NCBI GenBank assembly: GCA_027315165.1
Contig: DAHUYN010000003.1
Location: forward strand, 95,846-159,845
Reading direction: 5' to 3'
Length of the DNA stretch: 64,000 nucleotides
DNA from: Thermoplasmata archaeon
GTDB taxonomy: Archaea > Thermoplasmatota > Thermoplasmata > Lutacidiplasmatales > UBA184
Positions within the stretch are counted from its first letter, which is position 1, and each line of letters starts with the position of its first letter. A program made the position numbers and the translations under genes. Positions 27,659-36,102 of the stretch are shown in pieces. The notes beneath the pieces were generated by a model that worked only from the letters and a program-made list of their open reading frames with translations, ran no database searches and was not told the DNA's origin.

Positions 27659-28522
27659 ATGCCGACGAGACGGCCACGACGGCGCGCGGCCCCGGGTCGC
27701 CCGCCCGTCGCACGAACGCGCGACTATCGCCGTCGAAACCGGCGCATCTGGGAACGGACGAGCGACGCCTACGACCTCCGGCACCGGGCGGCTCTCGAGC
27801 GGAGCGCCGGCCGCGCCTGGGGCCTCTGGCGGATCCCCGAGTCGCGCCTCGGGCTCCTCGGTCCGGTGCGGGGGCGCCGCGTCCTCGAGCTCGGGTGCGG
27901 CGCCGCCCGCTGGTCTCGAGGCCTCGCGGCTCTCGGGGCCCGGCCGGTCGGGATCGACCTCGCCAGGGCCCAGCTGGCGAAGGCGCGCCGGCTCGTCGGC
28001 GCCGGAGTCCCGCGCGTCGCCCTCGCTCGAGGGTCGGCCGAGTCGCTCCCGTTCCGCGCGGGGGTCTTCGACCTCGTGCTCTCCGACTGGGGCGCGCTGA
28101 CGTTCGCGGACCCCGACCGAGCGATCCCCGAGGTCGCCCGCGTCCTCGTCCCCGGCGGCCGGCTCGTCTTCGCCACTTCGAGTCCGTTCCGCTTCGTCGC
28201 CTTCGACCGTGCGCGAGACCGCGAGGGCCGCACACTCCGGCGGCCGTACTTCGGCCGCGGCACGGTCGTCTTCGGTGGGCTCACCGAGTTCACGCGGACC
28301 TACGGCGAGTGGGTCGCGCTGTTCCGGCGCCACGGGCTCGCCGTCGAGGGGCTTGTCGAAACGACCCCGCCGGCCGGCCCTCCCAGCAGCTATCTCGCCC
28401 GCGAGGACGAGGCGTGGGCGCGACGGTGGCCGGCCGAGTGCCTCTGGTCGCTGCGGCGGGAGCCGCAGGCCCGGTCGAGCGCTAGAACGGCGCCCCGCAG
28501 TGCTCGCACTTCGTCGCGCTGA
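27659..28522 (+). CDS. Class I SAM-dependent methyltransferase
   Basis: RVLELGCGAARWS (motif I), FDLVLSDWGALTF and PGGRLVFATSSP. This is the tail of track ORF 26354..28522. Confidence 0.8.
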   Translation: MPTRRPRRRAAPGRPPVARTRDYRRRNRRIWERTSDAYDLRHRAALERSAGRAWGLWRIPESRLGLLGPVRGRRVLELGCGAARWSRGLAALGARPVGIDLARAQLAKARRLVGAGVPRVALARGSAESLPFRAGVFDLVLSDWGALTFADPDRAIPEVARVLVPGGRLVFATSSPFRFVAFDRARDREGRTLRRPYFGRGTVVFGGLTEFTRTYGEWVALFRRHGLAVEGLVETTPPAGPPSSYLAREDEAWARRWPAECLWSLRREPQARSSARTAPRSARTSSR

Positions 28523-29045
28523 CGGCGCTCAGCTGGCCGCAGTAGCCGCACCGGGGCATCGCGGCCCGCATCGCCCCCGGATTCGGCGGGCCTCGAGGTC
28601 CTCCGGGCCCGCCCCCCATCGCCCCGGGCGGCGGCGGGGGCGCCGTGGCCCGGGCCTGCGTGATCACCGAGGCCCACTGTTCGGGGCCCTCGGCGGTGAA
28701 CACGATCTGGCGCTGGAGCAGCTGCACGTGGAGGCCGGGGCCCTGCGGGGTCGAGACGACGGAGGCGCCACGACACCGCCAGAGGGGGATCCGCAGGACT
28801 CCGGGCTCGCCGGGCGGCCCCCCGACCCCCGGTCGCATACCGGGGCGCAGGCCGGGACCCGGTCCCCGGAACGGGCCCGGCCCCATCGGCCGTGGCGGCC
28901 CGCCCCAGCCCTCGGGCGTCGGCCCCTCGAAGATCAGGGCGTGGTTCGTCACGGAGAGGGTCCCGGGTCGCGGCGGCCCCTGCGGGCCGACCCAGACGAC
29001 CGCGCCGGTGCGGAGGAGCGTCTCTCCCGGCTGGAGGCTCGGCAC
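28482..29045 (-). CDS. PH/GRAM-like domain protein with Gly/Pro-rich insert and C-terminal zinc ribbon
   Basis: GTLSVTNHALIFEG...VLRIPLW...LHVQLLQRQIVFTAEGPEQWASVI, then CGYCGQ...CEHCG. A GTG start at 29045 follows GAGGG. The upstream part of track ORF 28482..29408 is not coding-like. Confidence 0.55.
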   Translation of the reverse strand: MPSLQPGETLLRTGAVVWVGPQGPPRPGTLSVTNHALIFEGPTPEGWGGPPRPMGPGPFRGPGPGLRPGMRPGVGGPPGEPGVLRIPLWRCRGASVVSTPQGPGLHVQLLQRQIVFTAEGPEQWASVITQARATAPPPPPGAMGGGPGGPRGPPNPGAMRAAMPRCGYCGQLSAVSATKCEHCGAPF

Positions 29046-29089
29046 CCGGCTCGCCCTCGGGGCGGCCGACGCCGGCGGGGATTTAGCCC

Positions 29090-29990
29090 CTACGCCCCGA
29101 GGTCGGCGGCAAGAGCCGTTCTGCCGAGGACGTCGAGGCTGTGCCGCACGGAGATCTCCTTGAGGCGCCGGGGCCGCACCGCGTCGCGGACCTCGCCGAT
29201 GTGGGCCTTGCGGAGCCGGAGCATCTGGGTCCGGCCGAACCCGCCGCCGAGGCTGAAGGGGAGCGTTCCGTAGAGGATCGCCCGGGGGTACGGAGGTCGC
29301 TGGAGCTCGAGCCGGCCCGAGATCGCGAGCGGCGTCCGGAGCGACGCGGCGTCGACGCGGATCCCTCCGCTCGTCCTCTCGTGCCGGCGGCGCGTCACCG
29401 GAGGGCACACGAGGATCTCGCCGTACAGCCCAGGGCCGCGACGCCCATCGCGGGAAGACCGACCTCCGTCGCCCGGTCGTCGACGTCGGCGGCCTGCTTC
29501 TCTAGGCGGGGCCGTCCGCGAGCGGCCAGCGGCTGCCGACGAGGAACCGCGCGAGAGGCTTCGGGAGGATCGCCGTCTCGCGCTGCTCTCGCGGGAGGTC
29601 GGTATACGCGCCTCGAGGAGCTCCTCGGTGGGGCGGAACACGACCTCCTCGAGAGGGTCGGGGTATCTGGGGTCGCTCAGCACGGGGAACGGCGACGGGA
29701 CGTGCCGCTGCGCGCCCGTGAGGACGCGCCAGGTCGCTCGAACGGTCTCCGTGAGAGGTCGTCGAGGGTCCGGTTCTCGGGGCGGACCGCCCGCTGCGTC
29801 TCGCGCGCGTCGAGGAGGCTCTCGCCGTTTCTCGGCAGGACCCGCCGACCTCCTCGTGGCGGCCGAGGCCGGGTCCCAGCAGGTCGGCGACCTTGGCGGA
29901 CGGGGCGCGCGCGGAGAGGCTCGGCCGAGCCGGCCGCGCCGCGATGAGCGGGCCGTCGGGCGGTCTCGACCCGAGGCGACCGACCCGGGC
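29090..29990 (-). pseudogene. Multiply frameshifted gene remnant of unknown family
   Basis: Coding-like segments with high third-position GC switch between all three minus frames. One frame has an in-frame TAG at about 29503, and no start codon follows the upstream gene's stop. The last segment (29090 to about 29430) is the only one in the track ORF frame. Confidence 0.4.
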
Positions 29991-29995
29991 GACGG

Positions 29996-32953
29996 CTACC
30001 CGTCAGGGGGCGCTCCGGGATCGGCGTCCGCGGGGAGATCAGGCTCGACGAGGCGAGTCTTCCGACGACGGCGCGCCGACAGGATCCAGGCCTCGACGAG
30101 GACGACGACCGCGACGACGCCCGCGAGCTCGAGGTCGATCAGCGGGACGGGGCCGACCGAGCCTCCGGTGGCAGCGCTGGGCGGCTCGATGACGAAGAGC
30201 GTCGTGTTCGCGCTGGCGTGCTCTCCCAAGGAGTCGTTGAGCCAGGCGGTGATCTGGTAGGTGCCGGTCGCGACCGGCCGGCAGGTGACGTCGAGCGTGT
30301 GCGGCGAGACCGGGCAACCTCCGGGCAGGCCGCTCCAGCTCACGGCGAGCGGAGAGAGGCCCCCTATCGACGCCGCGGTGATCTCGACCGTTTGACCGAT
30401 CGTGACCGTCGTCACGTTCGTGGCGACCCCGACGGTCAGCGGCGCGACGATCTCGACCGAGACGGCGGCCGCCTCGAGCTCGCCGAGGCTATCGCGCTCG
30501 GTCACGCTGACGCGGTAGGACCCGGCCTGTGCGTAGGCGTGGCTCGAGTTGGCCCCGGCCGTGCTCGTCGAGCCATCGCCGAAGTTCCAGCTGTAGGCGT
30601 ACGGTCCGAGGCCGCCGGAGGAGCTGAGGGAGAAGGTGACCGCCTCGTGCGCCAGCGCGGCCGGGGCCGTCGCGTTGAGCGAGATCGAGAGGGGCGCGAC
30701 GACGGTGAACGCCCACGAGGCGGTCGTCGCGTCCCCCTCGGCGTCGGTCGCGACGACCGTGACGAGGTAGTGGCCCGCCGGGTACTCCTGGGATACGGTC
30801 GGCCCGGTGCCGGTCGCGCCCGCAAGGCCGAGGTCCCACGAGTACGAGTACGGGGGGAAGCCTCCCGTCGCTGCCGCGGAGAACTGGGCCACGAGAGGCG
30901 CGATCGAGTAGGCGGCCGGGCCGCCCTCGCTCACCGAGACCGGGGGTGCGACCACGACGGTGAACGGAGCGAGGAGGGCGCCACCAAAGGCGTCGGCGAC
31001 CGAGAGATTCCCCGAGTAGGTTCCCGGCGCGGTGTAGACGTGCCCGGTCGCGTTCCCCTGGGCCGAGACGGCGCCGTCCCCGAACGTCCAGACGTACCGG
31101 TACGGAGGCGCCCCGCCCGAGATCGAGGCAGCGAAGGCGACCGACATCGGCGCCGTGCCGTGCGTGCGGTTGAGGGAGAGGTTCCCGAGGACGATCGGGG
31201 GGGCGACGGCGATCGTCCCGTTCCCCACTGAGGTGTCCCCGAGGGAGTCGGTCGCGGTGAACTGCCAACGGAACAGCCCGGCCGTGCCGTAGGTGTGCGT
31301 CGGGTCCGCGGTCGTCGCGGTGCCGCCGTCCCCGAAGCTCCACGCCGAGCGAATCGGCGGAACCCCTCCGACGACGTGCGAGAGAAAGGCGACGGGGAGG
31401 GGCGCGTCGCCGTCGGTCGCGCTCGCCGTCGGCGATGCGGCGAGCGTCAGGTAGACCGAGACGGTCATGGCACCGGAGCCGATCGCCCCGAGGCTCGGGG
31501 TCACGCGAAGGACGACCGAGTAGCTCCCGGCGGAGACGAACGTGTGGGTCGTGTTCGGCGAGGACGAGGGGGCCGAGCCGTCCCCGAAGCTCCAGGCGTA
31601 GCCGAACGGTCCGATCCCCTGCACGGCGGAGGTGAAGTTCACGGCGAGGGGTTGGAGCCCCTGGGTCGTGTTCGCGCTGATCGAGACGCGCACCCCCGGC
31701 AGCAGGCTCCAGGTCTCGTCGGACTGGTACGTGGTGTACGGGGCCGTGTTCCCGCCGAAGAGAAGGAGGCTGCCGTTCCCCGGCTCGCTCGCGATCTCCC
31801 CGTCCCAGAGCGGCCCCGGCGAGACGGCGAGGGACGCGTTGTACCAGGCGCCCCCGCGGTAGACCCAGGTCTGGTTCGAGAACGGGCATCCCCCACCGTC
31901 CCAGCCCCCGTACAGGACGACCCCGCCGACGGCGACGTCGTCGGCCATCATCCGGGACCCGAGTCCGACCGGGGGGGCTCCGGCGAGGGAGCCGGTGAGG
32001 TTGCGATAGGTCCCGTTCGCGTAGGTCCACGTGTTGCCCGAGGTCCCGCAACTGGCGTTCGTGGTGCCGGTGGACCCGCCGTAGAGCAGCACGTAGCCGT
32101 CCGTGGCGTCGTAGGCGGCGTACGTCACGACGTGCGGGTCCGGAGGGGGGCCCTTGACCGACGCGGTCCGGTTCGTCCAGAGGCCGCCCGAGAAGCTCCA
32201 GGTGAAGTTGTAGGTCGACGGCGCGCCCGGAAGGATGCTGTAGCCGCCGTAGAGGAGGACGTAGCCGTCGCGGGCGTCGTAGGCGACCCGACCCCCGGTG
32301 AGCGGCGGGGGCGCGACCGCGAGCGTGAGCTCGTGCCAGCCGGTCGCGTTGAAAGCCCAGGTGTCGTTGAAGTCGGTGGTCGCGTTGCGTCCCCCGAACA
32401 GCAGCGCGTAGCCGTCGGCGGCGTCCCACACGAAGGCGAAGTACCAGCGGGCCGCGGGAGAGGTGGCGAGGGAGGCGGTGAGGTCGGTCCAGCTCCCGTT
32501 GGCGAAGGTCCAGGTCTCGTTCGTGGCGGCCCCGGAGGAGTCGACCCCACCGAAGAGAACGTACTCGCTCGAGAGGGGATCGTACACCATCCCGCCGGAC
32601 TGGGTCGAGGGGGGCGACGCCGTCGCGGACGGAGTCACGTTGGTCCAGATCGCGGGGAGCGGCGCCCCCGCCGCAGCGACCGGGTTCGCCGGACTCGGAG
32701 CGGGTCGCGAAGCCGCAGCGACGGCCGTCGCGGCCGCCCCCTTGGCGTGCCCCGGGAGCCCCGGGCCCGCGAGAGGCGGCGACGGCCCGACCCCCCGCGC
32801 GGCGGAGCTCACCGACGACAGGAGCGGGACCGCCAGCAGGAGGGCGAGCGCAACCGCCCCGAGGGCTCGCGCTCGAGCCGGGCCGCGCGCGAGCCCGTGC
32901 GCAGGTCGCACGTGTCTCGGTCGCCGGGGACGGGCCGCGCCGCACATCCGCAT
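29996..32953 (-). CDS. Surface protein: signal peptide, six-bladed Kelch-type propeller, 5-6 PKD domains, C-terminal TM anchor
   Basis: Kelch blades follow the pattern LFGG....(N/D)xTW.F..G.W, six times. PKD motifs include WSFGDGS...H.F..AGSY.V.L.V. The C-terminal TM segment is followed by RRRRK. Sequons are dense. Confidence 0.85.
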   Translation of the reverse strand: MRMCGAARPRRPRHVRPAHGLARGPARARALGAVALALLLAVPLLSSVSSAARGVGPSPPLAGPGLPGHAKGAAATAVAAASRPAPSPANPVAAAGAPLPAIWTNVTPSATASPPSTQSGGMVYDPLSSEYVLFGGVDSSGAATNETWTFANGSWTDLTASLATSPAARWYFAFVWDAADGYALLFGGRNATTDFNDTWAFNATGWHELTLAVAPPPLTGGRVAYDARDGYVLLYGGYSILPGAPSTYNFTWSFSGGLWTNRTASVKGPPPDPHVVTYAAYDATDGYVLLYGGSTGTTNASCGTSGNTWTYANGTYRNLTGSLAGAPPVGLGSRMMADDVAVGGVVLYGGWDGGGCPFSNQTWVYRGGAWYNASLAVSPGPLWDGEIASEPGNGSLLLFGGNTAPYTTYQSDETWSLLPGVRVSISANTTQGLQPLAVNFTSAVQGIGPFGYAWSFGDGSAPSSSPNTTHTFVSAGSYSVVLRVTPSLGAIGSGAMTVSVYLTLAASPTASATDGDAPLPVAFLSHVVGGVPPIRSAWSFGDGGTATTADPTHTYGTAGLFRWQFTATDSLGDTSVGNGTIAVAPPIVLGNLSLNRTHGTAPMSVAFAASISGGAPPYRYVWTFGDGAVSAQGNATGHVYTAPGTYSGNLSVADAFGGALLAPFTVVVAPPVSVSEGGPAAYSIAPLVAQFSAAATGGFPPYSYSWDLGLAGATGTGPTVSQEYPAGHYLVTVVATDAEGDATTASWAFTVVAPLSISLNATAPAALAHEAVTFSLSSSGGLGPYAYSWNFGDGSTSTAGANSSHAYAQAGSYRVSVTERDSLGELEAAAVSVEIVAPLTVGVATNVTTVTIGQTVEITAASIGGLSPLAVSWSGLPGGCPVSPHTLDVTCRPVATGTYQITAWLNDSLGEHASANTTLFVIEPPSAATGGSVGPVPLIDLELAGVVAVVVLVEAWILSARRRRKTRLVEPDLPADADPGAPPDG

Positions 32954-32975
32954 CGCGGATAGGGGTCCGCGTGTC

Positions 32976-32982
32976 GATATAA
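32976..32982. promoter_or_regulatory. Shared TATA element (GATATAA/TTATATC) for divergent genes
   Basis: It lies 23 nt from the minus-strand ATG (32953) and 26 nt from the plus-strand ATG (33008). It is the only AT-rich element in the 54-bp intergenic region. Confidence 0.45.
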
Positions 32983-32997
32983 GCCTCGGGCGCAGTC

Positions 32998-33013
32998 ATG
33001 CGCGCATATGCGC
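32998..33013. promoter_or_regulatory. Overlapping perfect palindromes ATGCGCGCAT and GCGCATATGCGC spanning the regulator start codon
   Basis: Read directly from ATGCGCGCATATGCGC. This is a candidate operator. Confidence 0.35.
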
Positions 33014-34093
33014 CCCACGGGGGCCGGCCCCGCGGGATCCCTCGCCCCGCGAGGGACGCGATGTGTCGTCGGGTCCCGCCGTGCTCGACGCGCACGCCGA
33101 AGGTGGCTTCCCCAGGTCCTCCTCGCCCTCGTGGTCTCCGCGAGCCTCTTGGCGGTCGACACGGGGCCGTTCCCCGAAAGCCCGCGGGGGTTCCCCGTGC
33201 TCTCCGTCGTCGCGGGGGTCGCCGGGGCGCAGGGAGCCTCGGGGTTCCTCGTCGAGCTCTCGGCCCAGCCCGTTCCCGGCCCGAACGCCACGATGCGCTT
33301 CACGGTCCTCCCTTCCGGCGGCTATGCCCCCTACCTCGTCCGATGGAGCTTCGGGGACGGGAGCCTCCTCGTGGGCACGAGCCTCAACGAGAGCCATGCG
33401 TACGCCTCGAACGGCCTCGACACCGTCGCGGTCCGCGTCGTCGATGCTGACGGCTCCTCGGCCAACGCGTCACTCCCGGTAAAGGTCTCCGGGAGCTCCG
33501 CTGCGGCGCCGCCTCTCTGCACGGGCGCGTGGTCGGACTGCGGCCCGCTGGGGCTCCCGTGGGGGCTCCTCGGCGCCGCCCTGGGAGGCTTCGGGGTCGT
33601 CCTCGCGACGTGGTGGCTCTCGAGGGGTCCTCGCCTCTCGGGTCGCCTTCGACGTCCCTCGGGCCGCTCGAGCCTCGAGGCGGGTGGCTCGAGCTCGCCC
33701 GCGCGCCCCGAGCCGGTGCCCGAAGCCGCAGCCGCGCCGACGGGGGCACCGCCGTCGGACCCACCGACCCGGCCGGGGGTCGACCCGTCCGCCGATTCGC
33801 TCCCTGCGCGGGTCCTTCTCCACCTCTACGCCCAGGGTGTCCCGTCGCCCGATACCACGGTCGGAAACGCGTTCACGCAGGCCGGGATCTCCGAGGCGCT
33901 CGGGCGACCGCAGAGCGCCTTCGCCCGGGCCCTCCTGCGGCTCGAGGACAGCCACCTCGTTCGCTCGGAGCTCGCCCACGTGACGGGTCGCGCGCGGAGG
34001 ACCAAGGTCTACCGGTTGACCCCGACCGGCGAGTCCGCAGCCCGCCGGCTGCGCGGAGCCGGCAGGGATCCGGACACGGAGCGACGCCGATAG
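33008..34093 (+). CDS. Membrane-spanning one-component regulator: extracellular PKD domain, TM helix, cytoplasmic winged-helix domain
   Basis: It has an N-terminal hydrophobic segment and the PKD motif YLVRWSFGDGSLL..SHAYASNGLDTVAVRVVDADG. A TM segment LGLPWGLLGAALGGFGVVLATWWL and a P/S/A-rich linker follow. The wHTH is FTQAGISEALGRPQSAFARALLRLEDSHLV...RTKVYRLTPTGE. Confidence 0.7.
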   Translation: MRPTGAGPAGSLAPRGTRCVVGSRRARRARRRWLPQVLLALVVSASLLAVDTGPFPESPRGFPVLSVVAGVAGAQGASGFLVELSAQPVPGPNATMRFTVLPSGGYAPYLVRWSFGDGSLLVGTSLNESHAYASNGLDTVAVRVVDADGSSANASLPVKVSGSSAAAPPLCTGAWSDCGPLGLPWGLLGAALGGFGVVLATWWLSRGPRLSGRLRRPSGRSSLEAGGSSSPARPEPVPEAAAAPTGAPPSDPPTRPGVDPSADSLPARVLLHLYAQGVPSPDTTVGNAFTQAGISEALGRPQSAFARALLRLEDSHLVRSELAHVTGRARRTKVYRLTPTGESAARRLRGAGRDPDTERRR

Positions 34094-34143
34094 GGACGCT
34101 CGCGGAGCCGGCCCGGCTCGCCCCGGTGGGCCCCAGAAGACGC

Positions 34144-34150
34144 TTAATCC
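34144..34150 (+). promoter_or_regulatory. TATA-like box (CTTAATCC) about 23 nt upstream of OB-fold gene ATG
   Basis: An AT-rich motif in a GC-rich spacer. Confidence 0.35.
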
Positions 34151-34171
34151 ATCCCCGATTCGGGGTCCCCC

Positions 34172-34462
34172 ATGCCCGGAATCGCGACCCTGCGTGCGAA
34201 CTCTAGTGCCAACCTCGAAGCGACGATCACCGCCATCTCTCCGGTCCGCGACGTCACGACGTCGCGAGGGCCGTCCCAGGTCGCCGACGCGACCCTCAAG
34301 GACGAGACGGGCGAGATCACGCTCACCCTCTGGGGCGAGGACACGAAGCGGTTCACCGTCGGCCAGAAGATCAAGGTCACCGACGGCTGGGTCAAGGACT
34401 TCCGGGGCAAGCTCCAGGTCTCGATGGGCCGCTCGGGCCGGATCTCGACGGTCGAGGCGTAG
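34172..34462 (+). CDS. Small OB-fold nucleic-acid-binding protein (SSB/RPA-like single OB domain)
   Basis: This is a 96-aa protein. VADATLKDETGEITLTLWGED...GQKIKVTDGWVKDFRGKLQVS is a typical tRNA_anti/RPA-like OB pattern. Confidence 0.75.
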   Translation: MPGIATLRANSSANLEATITAISPVRDVTTSRGPSQVADATLKDETGEITLTLWGEDTKRFTVGQKIKVTDGWVKDFRGKLQVSMGRSGRISTVEA

Positions 34463-34569
34463 GTCGGGCCCACACGACGGGAACGGCGTGCCGTTCCCGA
34501 CGTCGAACGGGTCGCCGTCGTCCGAGGGGCTCCGAGGCCCCTCGGGCGGTGGGGCGGCCGAGCGAGGCG

Positions 34570-35229
34570 CTACGCCGTCTCCTTCGGGTCCAACGCGGGC
34601 CCACCGCCGCCGCGTCCGAGCCGTCGCACGATCTCGACGAACCCCGCCACCGGCTGGGCGCCGCTGACGGCGTACTCCTCGTCGAAGAGGAAGAACGGGA
34701 CGCCGTCGATCCCGATCTCGCGCGCCTCGGCCTCGTCCCGGTGCACCTCGTCAGCGAACTCGGTCGTGCGGAGCACCCGGTCGACGTCCGCCGGCTCGAG
34801 CTCGGCCTCGAGGGCTAGGGCGCGGAGGGTCTCGTGCGAGGCGAGGTCCGCCCCCTCGCTGTGGTAGGCGTGCATGAACCGCTCGACGACCTGCGGTCCG
34901 CGCCCGGTCATGATCCCGAGGTGGTGGAGCCGGTGCGCGTCGAACGTGTTGGCCCACTGCTGGTGCTCGAAATCGAAGCGGAGCCCGACCTGCCGCCCTA
35001 GCGTGGCGAGACGCTCCTGGGCCTTGGCGACCCGCTCCGTCGCCCCGTAGGCCTGGCGGAAGTGCTCGAGCACGGGCACCGAGGCGTGCTTCGTGGGGTC
35101 GAGCTCGAAGGAGTGCATCTCGACGGTGACCTCGACCGAGGGGCCGACGCGACGCAGCGCCTCCTCGAGGTGGTGCTTGCCCAGCCAGCACCAGGGGCAG
35201 GCGATGTCCGACCAGACCTCCACGTGCAC
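34570..35229 (-). CDS. DsbA-family (FrnE/HCCA-isomerase-like) thiol:disulfide oxidoreductase, no signal peptide
   Basis: The N-terminus is VEVWSDIACPWCWLGK, a CPWC motif. Confidence 0.85.
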   Translation of the reverse strand: MHVEVWSDIACPWCWLGKHHLEEALRRVGPSVEVTVEMHSFELDPTKHASVPVLEHFRQAYGATERVAKAQERLATLGRQVGLRFDFEHQQWANTFDAHRLHHLGIMTGRGPQVVERFMHAYHSEGADLASHETLRALALEAELEPADVDRVLRTTEFADEVHRDEAEAREIGIDGVPFFLFDEEYAVSGAQPVAGFVEIVRRLGRGGGGPALDPKETA

Positions 35230-35251
35230 GGACGGTCCCGGGCCAAGGCGG

Positions 35252-36031
35252 TCAAAAGGGTTGTGGACCGTCGCCCGGAACGGCGGGTTGGTCCGCTCGA
35301 GGGCGCAGCGGCGCCGGAAGCTCCGGGAGGTCGAGCCGGTACGCCTCCTGGCCCTCGGGGAACTCCTGGGTCCGGACGACGATGCGTGCGAGACGGACCC
35401 GCTCGGCCTCGAGCCGCGCGGAGTCGACCTCGAGGGCGTTGCCGACGAGGTTGTTCACGATCGTCTGACGGGCGGTCGCGGTCGCGACCATGCGCGTCGC
35501 GCCGACGATCGGACTCCCGACGAGCGTGAGGGAGCCCCCGACACGGACGAGCTCGCAGGGGCCGGCATCGACACCGAGGGCGAGCCCGACGCCGGCGGGG
35601 AAGTTCCGGGAGGTCCGCCGCAGGTTCCGGAGCAGCGCGTCCGCTGCCGGGAGGACCGTCTGGCAGAACCGGGCGAGGCGGACCGCATCGATCCGGGGGG
35701 GCTCGGGCAGGAGCCAGAAGGCGACGAACCCGTCGCCCGTGAACTTGTCGAACCAGCCGTCGGAGTCCCGCACGAGGCTCCGGACCGACTCGGTGAAACC
35801 GACGACGAACCGGGCGAACGCCGAGGGGGCGAGCGCCTCCTTGAGCACGAGGGTCGACATCCGGAGATCGCCGACCACGACGAGCGCCTGCACGCTCGTT
35901 GTTCCTGTGGACCGGAGCTCCTCGAGCGCCGACCGGGAGAGCGGCGCCTCGCGGCCGACCGGCCCCTGGCCCGAGAGCGTCGCCTCGAGCTCGCTCGAGG
36001 CCTCGAGAGCGGCTTCACCCGGGTCCTCCAT
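35252..36031 (-). CDS. Stand-alone class III nucleotidyl cyclase homology domain protein
   Basis: VVVGDLRMST (metal Asp), FDKFTGDGFVAFW (second Asp), LALGVDAGPCELV and LVGSPIVGATRM. The start was set to the internal ATG (MEDPGE) of track ORF 35252..37015. Confidence 0.7.
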   Translation of the reverse strand: MEDPGEAALEASSELEATLSGQGPVGREAPLSRSALEELRSTGTTSVQALVVVGDLRMSTLVLKEALAPSAFARFVVGFTESVRSLVRDSDGWFDKFTGDGFVAFWLLPEPPRIDAVRLARFCQTVLPAADALLRNLRRTSRNFPAGVGLALGVDAGPCELVRVGGSLTLVGSPIVGATRMVATATARQTIVNNLVGNALEVDSARLEAERVRLARIVVRTQEFPEGQEAYRLDLPELPAPLRPRADQPAVPGDGPQPF

Positions 36032-36102
36032 CCGGCGCTGCCTCCGAGGAGCGGCCCTCTCCGTAGCGTTCGCGCGAGGATGAAGCTGACCGATGGCTCG
36101 GC

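Noticed and set aside
23856-28235. A 1459-aa minus-strand ORF, the longest in the track.
   Set aside because: It is Arg/Gly/Pro/Asp-rich without hydrophobic cores or motifs. It lies exactly antisense to the well-supported thermopsin and methyltransferase genes, so it is a typical GC-rich shadow ORF.
29503-29505. An in-frame TAG in the frameshifted remnant as possible pyrrolysine read-through (some Thermoplasmata-related methanogens use Pyl).
   Set aside because: TAG is used as an ordinary stop by many well-supported genes in this window (acnA, the flippase, thermopsin, the M3 peptidase). Translation beyond this TAG in the same frame is not protein-like.
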